The notes under the pieces: generated by a model
Seen by the model: only the letters and a program-made list of their open reading frames with translations
Databases searched by the model: none
What the model was told of the DNA's origin: nothing
DNA from: Eimeria praecox
Lineage: Eukaryota
Length of the DNA stretch: 64,000 nt
Direction: 5' to 3'
NCBI GenBank assembly: GCA_963920595.1
Contig: OY986946.1
Span: forward strand, 9,672,001-9,736,000
Part shown: one piece after another, positions 61,994-64,000 of the stretch
Layout: the number at the start of each line of letters is the position of its first letter
Numbering within the stretch: position 1 is the first letter of the stretch
Program-made: the position numbers and the translations under genes

Positions 61994-64000
61994 TGCACAT
62001 TAGGAACGCTAAGCAGAAAACACGAAATTGATGCATTCAGAAAGTACGTTCGCATTTAACGTGCGAGGCGCGCGATGGACCGCCGTTGCTGCCTTGAGGA
62101 ACTGTCTATTCCTGCGCGACCTTCGGCTTGACTGAACTGAGCAGCAGAAGCATCTATGGCGTTCACGAATTGGTGAGCCAGACGGCCCTTAAATTGTGGA
62201 TATGACTCGACCCTGTGTAAGTTTTCAGGCGGAGCAGGGGGGAGGCTGCGCTATCCCTCGTTGGTGATATGCAGTGGTTTCGTTCATTATGGATGCTGCA
62301 AAATCCGTAGGAATTAGGAGGTGCCAAGCGTCAAAACGGGAGGACTCACCTATCGCAGTTCGTGAGTTCAAATGTAGCGGACGTTGCAGCGCACGTTTTG
62401 CAAGCTCGTTATTGGCATTTGGAAGCTTGTTGCAACACTTTACGTTTTGAGCACGGCTACGTATCACCGGCGCAAGAAGCACTGGCAGCTGGAGTAAAGC
62501 ATACAACACTGCTTGTTGGGACATCCACGGGCTCTACGGGTCCAGCGGCAGAATGCTCACATGCAGGGGTTTTGCATTGGTTATAAGCCGTTCTTGTCTT
62601 CGTCATTTCTGTGGTGCTAAGGAGGGAAAATCCTGTTCTCTCTACCCTTGCTGGTTTGCTGCCCGGGCGAGTTACGGTTTTGTAGGAAGAGGGCGAGCCT
62701 AATGCATATACGATGAACCCTGATTCGTAGTATAGACGGTCAGATTACAGCCATTTGCCCTCTGCCGAAAAAAAGGGAGTAAGCGCGATAGTAGATACTA
62801 ATGCAGGCATAGGTTGAGGGAGTTGTGCCAATTAACACAGTGCATTGGATTCCTCAAAGCACTTGATAGGCTACAAAACTCAACAAATGCAGGATGCACA
62901 AAGCGTGAGGGGGGCCGCATGCTAAATGCTAACCTGTCCTTCTGGGTGCATGCCGTGAGCACGCAACACAAGACGGTTGGTGCGATTAGCCGCGTACAGC
63001 ATGCCATAGTAGGCATGATGATGCCATTGAGGGCCATTACTGTTCAATCATGCGTTTCCGGTTCTTCTTTTGCTTTTTGCTGGGAGGTCTTTTAACTTTC
63101 TGGTAATCGACACCAAATCCATAATGCCAGCATTGCTGTAAAACTGAGTACTGCCTGCAGCTCCGCCGTTTTGCGCTTCCTGACTGACGATTCATCCGTC
63201 TGCTCAAGACCACTATGCTGCTGAGGCTGGTATACCAAGCTTCATTTGGTACCTTTCGCGGTTGCCTGTCTAAACGGCGTAGCATGGGAGGCAACAAGAG
63301 TGAAGGCTAGGAGGACCGCTGGGTTGAACACTACTGAATATGCATAGTTCCCAAAGGACAATGCTCGCACAACTTTTAAGGATGCTAATGCCGCAGCGTA
63401 CATACGCGCACTTATGTGTGCCTATACCTATATGGAGTCCGTAACAATAATGCAGCCCAGAGCGAACTGCACGTGACTGTTGCTGCGAGTCCATTTCTAT
63501 GCAGGCTGTGAGCACACACATCTTATCGACGATTCTGAGGGTGTCTATGGCCTCGGTATCCGTGCTGTAGGGCGAACAGCCACACACCGTCAAATTAACT
63601 CGTTTGCGTGCCGTTCGCATGCCCGTCCGTGGCACTGATGACGCCTACGGTTTGGATAGCAGTGATGCGGGCTCACAATCTAAAGCGTTGCGTGGGAAAC
63701 ACTTCATGCTAAAATTAGACGCATTTGCTACGAGACTGCGCTTGGGCGAACAACATGCGCTAGGTGGCTTATTCACTCCCTCGTTCATGGTGCAGCTTGT
63801 AACCGGTGTTGCAACGGAGCAGCAGACGTGGTTGCCGGCGTTTTGCTTTGGTGGTTCTTCAGCTACATGATGCTATATGCAGCGTCTATGAGACATGGTT
63901 TATCCGCCTGTATTCAACTGCTCAGAAACAGCATCCAGCAGACTGACGGTTAGGACGCTTCGTGAAAGGGACGCCATTCCCCACCATGGAGCAGCCTCAC
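61994..64000. other. Non-repeated flank with no recognisable gene
   Basis: No match to earlier blocks seen by eye. It has only short ORFs (up to 121 aa) without recognisable motifs. Confidence 0.6.

Overview
No recognisable protein-coding gene, rRNA, tRNA, CRISPR array or transposase was found. The ORF track is short chance ORFs multiplied by duplication. The window is a gene-poor, hierarchically repeated block that looks eukaryotic: about 50-55% GC by eye, a G/T-rich + strand, and frequent GCATGC/TGCATGCA, which weakly suggests a coccidian such as Eimeria (inference only). It contains two tandem copies of a giant higher-order unit: HOR1 (<1-30863) and HOR2 (30864-53525, 22,662 bp). Each opens with copies of a 1210-bp repeat. 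A third array of exactly seven 1210-bp units (53526-61993) follows, then unique sequence. The HOR body is built from nested duplications of about 270, 400, 630, 871 and 1400-1520 bp plus an old modular 0.4-1 kb family. HOR1 and HOR2 differ by copy-number changes of these sub-units and a 2,894-bp indel. Smaller features are a 23-bp-stem hairpin, a 40-bp palindrome apparently made by local inverted duplication, and an apparent templated insertion. The best functional hypothesis is a centromeric or subtelomeric megasatellite, which cannot be proven from sequence alone.
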